Positions 41,901 to 56,100 of a stretch of 64,000 nucleotides of DNA are shown piece by piece. This DNA is from the human T2T-CHM13v2.0 reference genome, Homo sapiens. The notes beneath the pieces were generated by a model. It did no database searches and was not told the origin of the DNA. It saw only the letters and a list, made by a program, of their open reading frames with translations. Location of the stretch: the NCBI RefSeq assembly GCF_009914755.1, contig NC_060948.1, one strand, 5' to 3'. Every line of letters starts with the position of its first letter. Position 1 is the stretch's first letter. Both the position numbers and the translations under genes were made by a program.

Positions 41901-44900
41901 CTCGAATGTAATTGACTGGAATGGAATGTACATGAATGGAATGTAATCGAATGGAAAGTAATCCAATGGAATAGAATGTAATGCAATAAAATCGACTCAG
42001 ATAGAGTAGAATGTAATGGAATGGAGTGCAGTGCAATGGAATGGAATGGAATGGAATGGAATGGAATGGAATGGAATGGAATGGAATGGGATGGAATGGT
42101 ATGGAATGGATAGTAATGGACTGGAGTGAAATGGACTGGAAAGGAATGGACTCAAATTGAAAGGGCTCGAAAGGAATGGAGTCAAATGGAATGGTCTGGA
42201 ATGGAATGAACACGAATGTAATGCAATCCAATAGAATGGAATCGAATGGCATGGAATATAAAGAAATGCAATCGAAGAGAATGGAAACAAACGGAATGGA
42301 ATTGAATGGAATGGAATTGAATGGAATGGGAACGAATGGAGTGAAATTGTATGCAGTAGAAGAGAATAGAATGGAATGCAAGCGAAAGGAAAGGAATGGA
42401 TTGGAATGGAATGGAATTCATTGGAATGGAAGGGAATGTAGTGTAATGGACAGGCCTGGAATAAAGTGGAATGCTACGGTCTCGAATGGAATAAAAATGT
42501 ATGGAATGGAATGCAATGAAACGGAATCGAATGTCATAGAATGTAATGGAATGCAAAAAAATGGAATCCAAAATCATTGACTGGAAAGGCTGGGTGTCGA
42601 AAGGAATTGACTCCAATGGAATGGAATCGAATGGAATGGAAGTGAATAGAATCGAACTAAATCGAATGGAATGGAATTGATAGGAACGGAATGGAAAGGA
42701 ATGCAATGATTTGGCATGGAATGGAATCGAATGGCATCGAATGGAATGGAATGGAATGCAATGCAATGGAATGTATTAGAATGTAATGAACTTTAATGGA
42801 ATGTACTCGAATGGATTCGACTGGAATGGAATGTTCTGGAAGTGAATGGACTCCAATGGAATGGATTCAAAAGGAATGGAATCGTACGGAATGGAATCTA
42901 ATGGAATGCAATTAAATGGAAATGAATCAAATTGAATAGCACGAAATTGAATTGAATGGAATCGAATGCAATGGAATCTAATGAAATGGATAGGAAAGGA
43001 ATGGAATGGAATGGGCTGGAATGGAAAGGAATCGAAACGAATGGAATGGAATCGAACTGAGGAGACTGGAATGGAATACACTTCAATGGAAGGGAATGTA
43101 ATGGAAGGTTCTCGAAAAAAATGGAAACGAATGGAATGGAATTGAATGGAACGGAATAGAGTCGAATGGAATTGAATGCAATGGAATGGACTAGAGTGAA
43201 ATGGAATCGAACCACAAGGAATGGACAGGAATAGAATGGTCTCGAATTGAACGGAATCGTATGGAATGGCATCAAACGGAATGGAATGGACAGCCACGGA
43301 ATGGAATGCACTCGAATGCAATGGAGTCGAAACTAATGGACTGGAATAGAATGGACTCGACTGGTACGGACTCCAATGGAATGGAATCGAATGGAAGGGA
43401 ATCGAACGGAATGGACTCGAAGGGAAAAGACTGCAATGGAAAGGTCTCGAATGGAATGGAAATTAATGGAATGGAATGGAATCGAATGAAATGGAGTCAA
43501 AAGGAATGGAATCGAATGGCAAGAAATCGAATGTAATGGAATCGCAAGGAATTGATGTGAACGGAACGGAATGGAATGGAATCCAAAGAAATGGAATAGA
43601 ATGGAATGGAATCGAATGGAAAGGACTCGAATGGAAATCACTCGAATAGAATGCAATTTAAAAAAATAGGATGAAATGTAATGGAATGGAATGGAAAGGA
43701 ATCGAAACGAAAGGAATGGAGACAGATGGAATGGAATGGAATAGAGAGCAATGGTATAGAATGGAATGGAATCATCTGGAATGGAATTGAATGGAATGGA
43801 ATAATATGAAATGGAATGGAATGGAATGGAATGTCCTTGAATTAAATGGACTGGAATGGAATGGACTCGAACAGAGTGGAATGGAAAGTGTTGAGATAGA
43901 ATGGAATGGACTCGTTTGGAATGGTCTAGTATGCAATGCAATCGACTGGCAGGGAATCAAAAGGAATGTAATCGAATGGATTAGACTGGAATGCAATGGA
44001 CTCGAATAGATTGGAAACGGAATGCAAAGGAATGGAATGGAATAGTATGGAATGGAATGGAAAGGAATGGAGTGGAATAGACTAGAGTGGAATGGAATGG
44101 ACTCGAAAGCAATGGACTGGAATGGAACTTTCTTGAATGGACTGGAATCAAACGGAATGGAATGCAATGCAATCAAATAGCATGGAATAAAATAGAATGA
44201 AAGAGAATCAAATGGAATTGAATCGAATGGAATCGAATGGATTGGAAAGGAATAGAATGGAATGGAATGGAATTGACTCAAATGGAATGGACTAGAATGG
44301 AATGGATTCGAATGGAAAGCAAAGGAATGGAATCTATTGGAATGGACTGCAATGGAATGGAATGGAAGGGATTGGAATGGACTCGAATGGAATGGACTGC
44401 CATAGAAAGGATTCGAATGGAATGAAAAAGAATTGAATGGAATAGAACAGAATGGAATCAAATCGAATGAAATGGAATGGAATAGAAAGGAATGGAATGA
44501 AATGGAATGGAAAGGATTCGAATGGAATGCAATCGAATGGAATGGAATCGAACGGAATGGAATAAAATGGAAGCAAACTGGCAAGAAATGGAATCGAAAT
44601 GAATGGAGTGTTATGGAACGGACTCAAAAGGAATTGAATGTAATAGAATGGAGTGGAGTGGACTCGAATATAATGGACTGGAATGGAATGAAATCACATG
44701 GAATGGGAACGAATGGAATGGAATGGAAAGGAATGGAATCGAATGGAAAGGAATCGAATGGAAGTTAATGAAATTGAATCAACAGGAATGGAAGGGAATA
44801 GAATAGACGGTAATGGAATGGACTCGAATAGAATGGACACGAATGCTCAAATTGAATGGACTCGAATGGAATGGAAACGAAAGGAATGTCATGGAATGGA

Positions 44901-45991
44901 ATTGAATCGATTGGAATGAAATCGCATAGAATGGAGTGGAATCAAATGGAATTGAATCGAAAGGAAAGGAAGCGAATGGACTGAAATGAAATGGAATGGA
45001 ATTGAATGGAAAGTAATGCAATGGAATAGAATGGAACGAAATTTCACGGAATGGAATCAAACTGAATGGAATCAAATCAATGGAATATAATCAAATGGAA
45101 TGGAAAGGAATTGAATGGAGTAGATGGGATTGGATGGGATTGGAATGAAATGTACTGGAAAGGACTCGAATTTTATGAAACGGAATGGAATGAATTGGAA
45201 CGGAATGGACTCTAATGGAATGGAATGTCATGGAATGGCATCAAATGGAATGGCATCAAATGGAAAGGAATCGAATGCAATGGAATGCTATGGAATGGAA
45301 TGGAATGCATTGGAATGGAATGTCCTCTAATGGAATGGATTCGAGTGGAATGGAATCGAATATAATGGAGTCGAATGAAATGGAATTGAAAGGAATGGGA
45401 TCGAATACAATGGAATATACTGGAATGTAATGTAATGAACTCGAATGTAATTGACTGGAATGGAATGTACATGGATGGAATGTAATCGAATGGAAAGTAA
45501 TCCAATGGAATAGAATCTAATGCAATAAAATCGACTCAGATAGAGTAGAATGTAATGGAATGGAGTGCAGTGCAATGGAATGGAATGGAATTGAATGCAA
45601 TGGAATGGAATGGAATGGAATGGAATGGGATGGAATGGTATGGAATGGATAGTAATGGACTGGAGTGAAATGGACTGGAAAGGAATTGACTCAAATTGAA
45701 AGGGCTCGAAAGGAATGGAGTCAAATGGAATGGTCTGGAATGGAATGAACACGAATGTAATGCAATCCAATAGAATGGAATCGAATGGCATGGAATATAA
45801 AGAAATGCAATCGAAGAGAATGGAAACAAACGGAATGGAATTGAATGGAATGGAATTGAATGGAATGGGAACGAATGGAGTGAAATTGTATGCAGTAGAA
45901 GAGAATAGAATGGAATGCAAGCGAAAGGAAAGGAATGGATTGGAATGGAATGGAATTCATTGGAATGGAAGGGAATGTAGTGTAATGGACA
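38914..45991 (+). repeat. DYZ1 units 12-13, 3539 bp each (+10 bp in the variable GGAAT tract)
   Basis: Anchors at 38914, 42453 and 45992; the tract has 10 rather than 8 pentamers at 42038-42087 and 45577-45626. Confidence 0.93.
42038..42087 (+). repeat. Perfect (GGAAT)10 microsatellite; longest pure tract noticed
   Basis: Ten uninterrupted GGAAT pentamers; the interrupting GCAAT present in other units is absent. Confidence 0.9.
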
Positions 45992-48900
45992 GGCCTGGAA
46001 TAAAGTGGAATGCTACGGTCTCGAATGGAATAAAAATGTATGGAATGGAATGCAATGAAACGGAATCGAATGTCATAGAATGTAATGGAATGCAAAAAAA
46101 TGGACTCCAAAATCATTGACTGGAAAGGCTGGGTGTCGAAAGGAATTGACTCCAATGGAATGGAATCGAATGGAATGGAAGTGAATAGAATCGAACTAAA
46201 TCGAATGGAATGGAATTGATAGGAACGGAATGGAAAGGAATGAAATGATTTGGCATGGAATGGAATCGAATGGCATCGAATGGAATGGAATGGAATGCAA
46301 TGCAATGGAATGTATTAGAATGTAATGAACTTTAATGGAATGTACTCGAATGGATTCGACTGGAATGGAATGTTCTGGAAGTGAATGGACTCCAATGGAA
46401 TGGATTCAAAAGGAATGGAATCGTACGGAATGGAATCTAATTGAATGGAATTAAATGGAAATGAATCAAATTGAATAGCACGGAATTGAATTGAATGGAA
46501 TCGAATGCAATGGAATCTAATGAAACGGAAAGGAAAGGAATGGAATGGAATGGAATGGGCTGGAATGGAAAGGAATCGAAACGAATGGAATGGAATCTAA
46601 CTGAGGAGACTGGAATGGAATGCACTGGAATGGAAGGGAGTGTAATGGAATGTTCCCGAAAAAAATGGAAACGAATGGAATGGAATTGAATGGAACGGAA
46701 TAGAGTCGAATGGAATTGAATGGAATGGAATGGACTAGAGTGAAATGGAATCGAACCACAAGGAATGGACAGGAATAGAATGGTCTCGAATTGAATGGAA
46801 TAGTATGGAATGGCATCAAACGGAATGGAATGGACAGCCACGGAATGGAATACACTCGAATGCAATGGAGTCGAAACCAATGGACTGGAATAGAATGGAC
46901 TCGACTGGTACGGACTCCAATGGAATGGAATCGAATGGAAGGGAATCGAACGGAATGGACTCGAAGGGAAAAGACTGCAATGGAAAGGTCTCGAATGGAA
47001 TGGAAATTAATGGAATGGAATGGAATCGAATGAAATGGAGTCAAAAGGAATGGAATCGAATGGCAAGAAATCGAATGTAATGGAATCGCAAGGAATTGAT
47101 GTGAACGGAACGGAATGGAATGGAATCCAAAGGAATGGAATAGAATGGAATGGAATCGAATGGAAAGGACTCGAATGGAAATCACTCGAATAGAATGCAA
47201 TTTAATAAAATAGGATGAAATGTAATGGAATGGAATGGAAAGGAATCGAAACGAAAGGAATGGAGACAGATGGAATGGAATGGAACAGAGAGCAATGGTA
47301 TAGAATGGAATGGAATCATCTGGAATGGAATTGAATGGAATGGAATAATATGAAATGGAATGGAATGGAATGGAATGCCCTTGAATTAAATGGACTGGAA
47401 TGGAATGGACTCGAACAGAGTGGAATGGAAAGTGTTGAGATAGAATGGAATGGACTCGTGTGGAATGGTCTAGTATGCAATGCAATCGACTGACAGGGAA
47501 TCAAAAGGAATGTAATCGAATGGATTGGACTGGAATGCAATGGACTCGAATAGATTGGAAACGGAATGCAAAGGAATGGAATGGAATAGTATGGAATGGA
47601 ATGGAAAGGAATGGAGTGGAATAGACTAGAGTGGAATGGAATGGACTCGAAAGCAATGGACTGGAATGGAACTTTCTTGAATGGACTGGAATCAAACGGA
47701 ATGGAATGCAATGCAATCAAATGGCATGGAATAAAATAGAATGAAAGAGAATCAAATGGAATTGAATCGAATGGAATCGAATGGATTGGAAAGGAATAGA
47801 ATGGAATGGAATGGAATTGACTCAAATGGAATGGACTAGAATGGAATGGATTCGAATGGAAGGCAAAGGAATGGAATCTATTGGAATGGACTGCAATGGA
47901 ATGGAATGGAAGGGATTGTAATGGACTCGAATGGAATGGACTGCAATAGAAAGGATTCGAATGGCATGAAAAAGAATTGAATGGAATAGAACAGAATGGA
48001 ATCAAATCGAATGAAATGGAATGGAATAGAAAGGAATGGAATGAAATGGAATGGAAAGGATTCGAATGGAATGCAATCGAATGGAATGGAATCGAACGGA
48101 ATGGAATAAAATGGAAGCAAACTGGCAAGAAATGGAATCGAAATGAATGGAGTGTTATGGAACGGACTCAAAAGGAATTGAATGTAATAGAATGGAGTGG
48201 AGTGGACTCGAATATAATGGACTGGAATGGAATGAAATCACATGGAATGGGAACGAATGGAATGGAATGGAAAGGAATGGAATCGAATGGAAAGGAATCG
48301 AATGGAAGGGAATGAAATTGAATCAACAGGAATGGAAGGGAATAGAATAGACGGTAATGGAATGGACTCGAATAGAATGGACACGAATGCTCAAATTGAA
48401 TGGACTCGAATGGAAGGGAAACGAAAGGAATGTCATCGAATGGAATTGAATCGATTGGAATGAAATCGCATAGAATGGAGTGGAATCAAATGGAATTGAA
48501 TCGAAAGGAAAGGAAGCGAATGGACTGAAATGAAATGGAATGGAATTGAATGGAAAGTAATGCAATGGAATAGAATGGAACGAAATTTCACGGAATGGAA
48601 TCAAACTGAATGGAATCAAATCAATGGAATATAATCAAATGGAATGGAAAGGAATTGAATGGAGTAGATGGGATTGGATGGGATTGGAATGAAATGTACT
48701 GGAAAGGACTCGAATTTTATGAAACGGAATGGAATGAATTGGAACGGAATGGACTCGAATGGAATGGAATGTCATGGAATGGCAACAAATGGAATGGCAT
48801 CAAATGGAATGGAATCGAATGCAATGGAATGCTAAGGAATGGAATGGAATGCATTGGAATGGAATGTCCTCTAATGGAATGGATTCGAGTGGAATGGAAT

Positions 48901-49540
48901 CGAATATAATGGAGTCGAATGAAATGGAATTGAAAGGAATGGGATCGAATACAATGGAATATACTGGAATGTAATGTAATGAACTCGAATGTAATTGACT
49001 GGAATGGAATGTACATGGATGGAATGTAATCGAATGGAAAGTAATCCAATGGAATAGAATCTAATGCAATAAAATCGACTCAGATAGAGTAGAATGTAAT
49101 GGAATGGAGTGCAGTGCAATGGAATGGAATGGAATGGAATGCAATGGAATGGAATATAATGGAATGGAATGGAATATGTTGGAATGGTATGGAATGGATA
49201 GTAATGGACTGGAGTGAAATGGACTGGAAAGGAATGGACTCAAATTGAAAGGGCTCGAAAGGAATGGAGTCAAATGGAATGGTCTGGAATGGAATGAACA
49301 CGAATGTAATGCAATCCAATAGAATGGAATCGAATGGCATGGAATATAAAGAAATGGAATCGAAGAGAATGGAAACAAACGGAATGGAATTGAATGAAAT
49401 GGAATTGAATGGAATGGGAACGAATGGAGTGAAATTGTATGCAGTAGAAGAGAATAGAATGGAATGCAAGCGAAAGGAACGGAATGGATTGGAATGGAAT
49501 GGAATTCATTGGAATGGAAGGGAATGTAGTGTAATGGACA
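45992..49540 (+). repeat. DYZ1 unit 14, 3549 bp; first unit with the 'B' diagnostic block
   Basis: +5 bp before GGGCT (~46541) and +15 bp in the variable tract (~49121-49175); TGCACTGGAATGGAAGGGAGTG at 46621. Confidence 0.92.
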
Positions 49541-52500
49541 GGCCTGGAATAAAGTGGAATGCTACGGTCTCGAATGGAATAAAAATATATGGAATGGAAT
49601 GCAATGAAACGGAATCGAATGTCATAGAATGTAATGGAATGCAAAAAAATGGAATCCAAAATCATTGACTGGAAAGGCTGGGTGTCGAAAGGAATTGACT
49701 CCAATGGAATGGAATCGAATGGAATGGAAGTGAATATAATCGAAATAAATCGAATGGAATGGAATTGATAGGAACGGAATGGAAAGGAATGAAATGATTT
49801 GGCATGGAATGGAATCGAATGGCATCGAATGGAATGGAATGGTATGCAATGCAAAGGAATGTATTAGAATGTAATGAACTTTAATGGAATGTACTCGAAT
49901 GGATTCGACTGGAATGGAATGTTCTGGAAGTGAATGGACTCCAATGGAATGGATTGAAAAGGAATGGAATCGTACGGAATGGAATCTAATGGAATGGAAT
50001 TAAATGGAAATGAATCAAATTGAATAGCAAGGAATTGAATTGAATGGAATCGAATGCAATGCAATCTAATGAAACGGAAAGGAAAGGAATGGAATGGAAT
50101 GGAATGGGCTGGAATGGAAAGGAATCGAAACGAATGGAATGGAATCGAAGTGAAGAGACTGGAATGGAATGCACTGGAATGGAAGGGAGTGTAATGGAAG
50201 GTTCTCGAAAAAAATGGAATCGAATGGAATGGAATTGAATGGAACGGAATAGAGTCGAATGGAATTGAATGGAATGGAATGGACTAGAGTGAAATGGAAT
50301 CGAACCACAAGGAATGGACAGGAATAGAATGGTCTCGAATTGAATGGAATAGTATGGAATGGCATCAAACGGAATGGAATGGACAGCCACGGAATGGAAT
50401 ACACTCGAATGCAATGGAGTCGAAACTAATGGACTGGAATAGAATGGACTCGACTGGTACGGACTCCAATGGAATGGAATCGAATGGAAGGGAATCGAAC
50501 GGAATGGACTCGAAGGGAAAAGACTGCAATGGAAAGGTCTCGAATGGAATGGAAATTAATGGAATGGAATGGAATCGAATGAAATGGAGTCAAAAGGAAT
50601 GGAATCGAATGGCAAGAAATCGAATGTAATGGAATCGCAAGGAATTGATGTGAACGGAACGGAATGGAATGGAATCCAAAGAAATGGAATAGAATGGAAT
50701 GGAATCGAATGGAAAGGACTCGAATGGAAATCACTCGAATAGAATGCAATTTAATAAAATAGGATGAAATGTAATGGAATGGAATGGAAAGGAATCGAAA
50801 CGAAAGGAATGGAGACAGATGGAATGGAATGGAACAGAGAGCAATGGTATAGAATGGAATGGAATCATCTGGAATGGAATTGAATGGAATGGAATAATAT
50901 GAAATGGAATGGAATGGAATGGAATGCCCTTGAATTAAATGGACTGGAATGGAATGGACTCGAACTGAGTGGAATGGAAAGTGTTGAGATAGAATGGAAT
51001 GGACTCGTTTGGAATGGTCTAGTATGCAATGCAATCGACTGGCAGGGAATCAAAAGGAATGTAATCGAATGGATTGGACTGGAATGCAATGGACTCGAAT
51101 AGATTGGAAACGGAATGCAAAGGAATGGAATGGAATAGTATGGAATGGAATGGAAAGGAATGGAGTGGAATAGACTAGAGTGGAATGGAATGGACTCGAA
51201 AGCAATGGACTGGAATGGAACTTTCTTGAATGGACTGGAATCAAACGGAATGGAATGCAATGCAATCAAATGGCATGGAATAAAATAGAATGAAAGAGAA
51301 TCAAACGGAATTGAATCGAATGGAAACGAATGGATTGGAAAGGAATAGAATGGAATGGAATGGAATTGACTCAAATGGAATGGACTAGAATGGAATGGAT
51401 TCGAATGGAAGGCAAAGGAATGGAATCTATTGGAATGGACTGTAATGGAATGGAATGGAAGGGATTGGAATGGACTCGAATGGAATGGACTGCCATAGAA
51501 AGGATTCGAATGGCATGAAAAAGAATTGAATGGAATAGAACAGAATGTAATCAAATCGAATGAAATGGAATGGAATAGAAAGGAATGGAATGAAATGGAA
51601 TGGAAAGGATTCGAATGGAATGCAATCGAATGGAATGGAATCGAACGGAATGGAATAAAATGGAAGAAAACTGGCAAGAAATGGAATCGAAATGAATGGA
51701 GTGTTATGGAACGGACTCAAAAGGAATTGAATGTAATAGAATGGAGTGGAGTGGACTCGAATATAATGGACTGGAATGGAATGAAATCACATGGAATGGG
51801 AACGAATGGAATGGAATGGAAAGGAATGGAATCGAATGGAAAGGAATCGAATGGAAGGGAATGAAATTGAATCAACAGGAATGGAAGGGAATCGAATAGA
51901 CGGTAATGGAATGGACTCGAATAGAATGGACACGAAGGCTCAAATTGAATGGACTCGAATGGAATGGAAACGAAAGGAATGTCATGGAATGGAATTGAAT
52001 CGATTGGAATGAAATCGCATAGAATGGAGTGGAATCAAATGGAATTGAATCGAAAGGAAAGGAAGCGAATGGACTGAAATGAAATGGAATGGAATTGAAT
52101 GGAAAGTAATGCAATGGAATAGAATGGAACGAAATTTCACGGAATGGAATCAAACTGAATGGAATCAAATCAATGGAATATAATCAAATGGAATGGAAAG
52201 GAATTGAATGGAGTAGATGGGATTGGATGGGATTGGAAAGAAATGTACTGGAAAGGACTCGAATTTCATGAAAAGGGATGGAATGAATTGGAACGGAATG
52301 GACTCGAATGGAATGGAATGTCATGGAATGGCATCAAATGGAATGGAATCGAATTCAATGGAATGCTATGGAATGGAATGGAATGAATTGGAATGGAACG
52401 TCCTCTAATGGAATGGATTCGAGTGGAATTGAATCGAATATAATGCAGTCGAATGAAATGGAATTGAAAGGAATGGGATCGAATACAATGGAATATACTG

Positions 52501-53104
52501 GAATGTAATGTAATGAACTCGAATATAATTGACTGGAATGGAATGTACATGAATGGAATGTAATCGAATGGAAAGTAATCCAATGGAATAGAATCTAATG
52601 CAATAAAATCGACTCAGATAGAGTAGAATGTAATGGAATGGAGTGCAGTGCAATGGAATGGAATGGAATGGAATGCAATGGAATGGAATGGAATGGAATG
52701 GAATGGAATGGAATGGAATGGGATGGAATGGTATGGAATGGATAGTAATGGACTGGAGTGAAATGGACTGGAAAGGAATGGACTCAAATTGAAAGGGCTC
52801 GAAAGGAATGGAGTCAAATGGAATGGTCTGGAATGGAATGAACACGAATGTAATGCAATCCAATAGAATGGAATCGAATGGCATGGAATATAAAGAAATG
52901 GAATCGAAGAGAATGGAAACAAACGGAATGGAATTGAATGGAATGGAATTGAATGGAATGGGAACGAATGGAGTGAAATTGTATGCAGTAGAGGAGAATA
53001 GAATGGAATGCAAGCGAAAGGAAAGGAATGGATTGGAATGGAATGGAATTCATTGGAATGGAATGGAATTCATTGGAATGGAAGGGAATGTAGTGTAATG
53101 GACA
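49541..53104 (+). repeat. DYZ1 unit 15, 3564 bp
   Basis: Indels sum to +35: +5 (~50091), -15 (~52331), +25 (52655-52719) and a +20 tandem duplication (53041-53080). Confidence 0.92.
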
Positions 53105-56100
53105 GGCCTGGAATAAAGTGGAATGCTACGGTCTCGAATGGAATAAAAATGTATGGAATGGAATGCAATGAAACGGAATCGAATGTCATAGAATGTAATG
53201 GAATGCAAAAAAATGGAATCCAAAATCATTGACTGGAAAGGCTGGGTTTCGAAAGGAATTGACTCCAATGGAATGGAATCGAATGGAATGGAAGTGAATA
53301 GAATCGAACTAAATCGAATGGAATGGAATTGGTAGGAACGGAATGGAAAGGAATGAAATGATTTGGCATGGAATGGAATCGAATGGCATCGAATGGAATG
53401 GAATGGAATGCAATGCAATGGAATGTATTAGAATGTAATGAACTTTAATGGAATGTACTCGAATGGATTCGACTGGAATGGAATGTTCTGGAATTTAATG
53501 CACTCCAATGGAATGGATTCAAAAGGAATGGAATCGTACGGAATGGAATCTAATGGAATGGAATTAAATGGAAATGAATCAAATTGAATAGCACGGAATT
53601 GAATTGAATGGAATCGAATGCAATGGAATCTAATAAAACGGAAAGGAAAGGACTGGAATGGAATGGAACGGGCTGGAATGGAAAGGAATCGAAACGAATG
53701 GAATGGAATCGAACTGAAGAGACTGGAATGGAATGCACTGGAATGGAAGGGAGTGTAATGGAAGGTTCTCGAAAAAAATGGAATCGAATGGAATGGAATT
53801 GAATGGAACGGAATAGAGTCGAATGGAATTGAATGGAATGGAATGGACTAGAGTGAAATGGAATCGAACCACAAGGAATGGACAGGAATAGAATGGTCTC
53901 GAATTGAATGGAATCGTATGGAATGGCATCAAACGGAATGGAATGGACAGCCACGGAATGGAATGCACTCGAATGCAATGGAGTCGAAACTAATGGACTG
54001 GAATAGAATGGACTCGACTGGTACGGACTCCAATGGAATGGAATCGAATGGAAGGGAATCGAACGGAATGGACTCGAAGGGAAAAGACTGCAATGGAAAG
54101 GTCTCGAATGGAACGGAAATTAATGGAATGGAATGGAATCGAATGAAATGGAGTCAAAAGGAATGGAATCGAATGGCAAGAAATCGAATGTAATGGAATC
54201 GCAAGGAATGGATGTGAACGGAACGGAATGGAATGGAATCCAAAGGAATGGAATAGAATGGAATGGAATCGAATGGAAAGGACTCGAATGGAAATCACTC
54301 GAATAGAATGCAATTTAATAAAATAGGATGAAATGTAATGGAATGGAATGGAAAGGAATCAAAACGAAAGGAATGGAGACAGATGGAATGGAATGGAACA
54401 GAGAGCAATGGTATAGAATGGAATGGAATCATCTGAAATGGAATTGAATGGAATGGAATAATATGAAATGGAATGGAATGGAATGGAATGCCCTTGAATT
54501 AAATGGACTGGAATGGAATGGACTCGAACAGAGTGGAATGGAAAGTGTTGAGATAGAATGGAATGGACTCGTTTGGAATGGTCTAGTATGCAATGCAATC
54601 GACTGGCAGGGAATCAAAAGGAATGTAATCGAATGGATTGGACTGGAATGCAATGGACTCGAATAGATTGGAAACGGAATGCAAAGGAATGGAATGGAAT
54701 AGTATGGAATGGAATGGAAAGGAATGGAGTGGAATAGACTAGAGTGGAATGGAATGGACTCGAAAGCAATGGACTGGAAATGGAACTTTCTTGAATGGAC
54801 TGGAATCAGAGAATCAAATGGAATTGAATCGAATGGAATCGAATGGATTGGAAAGGAATAGAATGGAATGGAATGGAATTGACTCAAATGGAATGGACTA
54901 GAATGGAATGGATTCGAATGGAAGGCAAAGGAATGGAATCTATTGGAATGGACTGCAATGGAATGGAATGGAAGGGATTGGAATGGACTCGAATGGAATG
55001 GACTGCAATAGAAAGGATTCGAATGGAATGAAAAAGAATTGAATGGAATAGAACAGAATGGAATCAAATCGAATGAAATGGAATGGAATAGAAAGGAATG
55101 GAATGAAATGGAATGGAAAGGATTCGAATGGAATGCAATCGAATGGAATGGAATCGAACGGAATGGAATAAAATGGAAGAAAACTGGCAAGAAATGGAAT
55201 CGAAATGAATGGAGTGTTATGGAACGGACTCAAAAGGAATTGAATGTAATAGAATGGAGTGGAGTGGACTCGAATATAATGGACTGGAATGGAATGAAAT
55301 CACATGGAATGGGAACGAATGGAATGGAATGGAAAGGAATCGAATGGAAGGGAATGAAATTGAATCAACAGGAATGGAATGGAATAGAATAGACGGTAAT
55401 GGAATGGACTCGAATAGAATGGACACGAATGCTCAAATTGAATGGACTCGAATGGAATGGAAACGAAAGGAATGTCATCGAATGGAATTGAATCGATTGG
55501 AATGAAATGGCATAGAATGGAGTGGAATCAAATGGAATTGAATCGAAAGAAAGGAAGCGAATGGACTGAAATGAAATGGAATGGAATTGAATGGAAAGTA
55601 ATGCAATGGAATAGAATGGAACGAAATTTCACGGAATGGAATCAAACTGAACGGAATCAAATCAAGGGAATATAATCAAATGGAATGGAAAGGAATTGAA
55701 TGGAGTAGATGGGATTGGATGGGATTGGAATGAAATGTACTGGAAAGGACTCGAATTTCATGAAACCGAATGGAATGAATTGGAACGGAATGGACTCGAA
55801 TGGAATGGAATGTCATGGAATGGCATCAAATGGAATGGCATCAAATGGAATGGAATCGAATGCAATGGAATGCTATGGAATGGAATGGAATGCATTGGAA
55901 TGGAATGTCCTCTAATGGAATGGATTCGAGTGGAATGGAATCGAATATAATGGAGTCGAATGAAATGGAATTGAAAGGAATGGGATCGAATACAATGGAA
56001 TATACTGGAATGTAATGTAATGAACTCGAATGTAATTGACTGGAATGGAATGTACATGAATGGAATGTAATCGAATGGAAAGTAATCCAATGGAATAGAA

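Noticed and set aside
46517-47485. Longest ORF (322 aa)
   Set aside because: It arises from fusion of two artefactual ORFs after a single stop-codon loss (AAACTAAT>AAACCAAT at ~46877) and is not evidence of a gene.
49541-53104. Unit 15 length (3564 bp) equals the length I recall for the classic cloned DYZ1 unit
   Set aside because: The length results from a private combination of indels, including a duplicated EcoRI site, so it is probably coincidental; identity cannot be verified without alignment.
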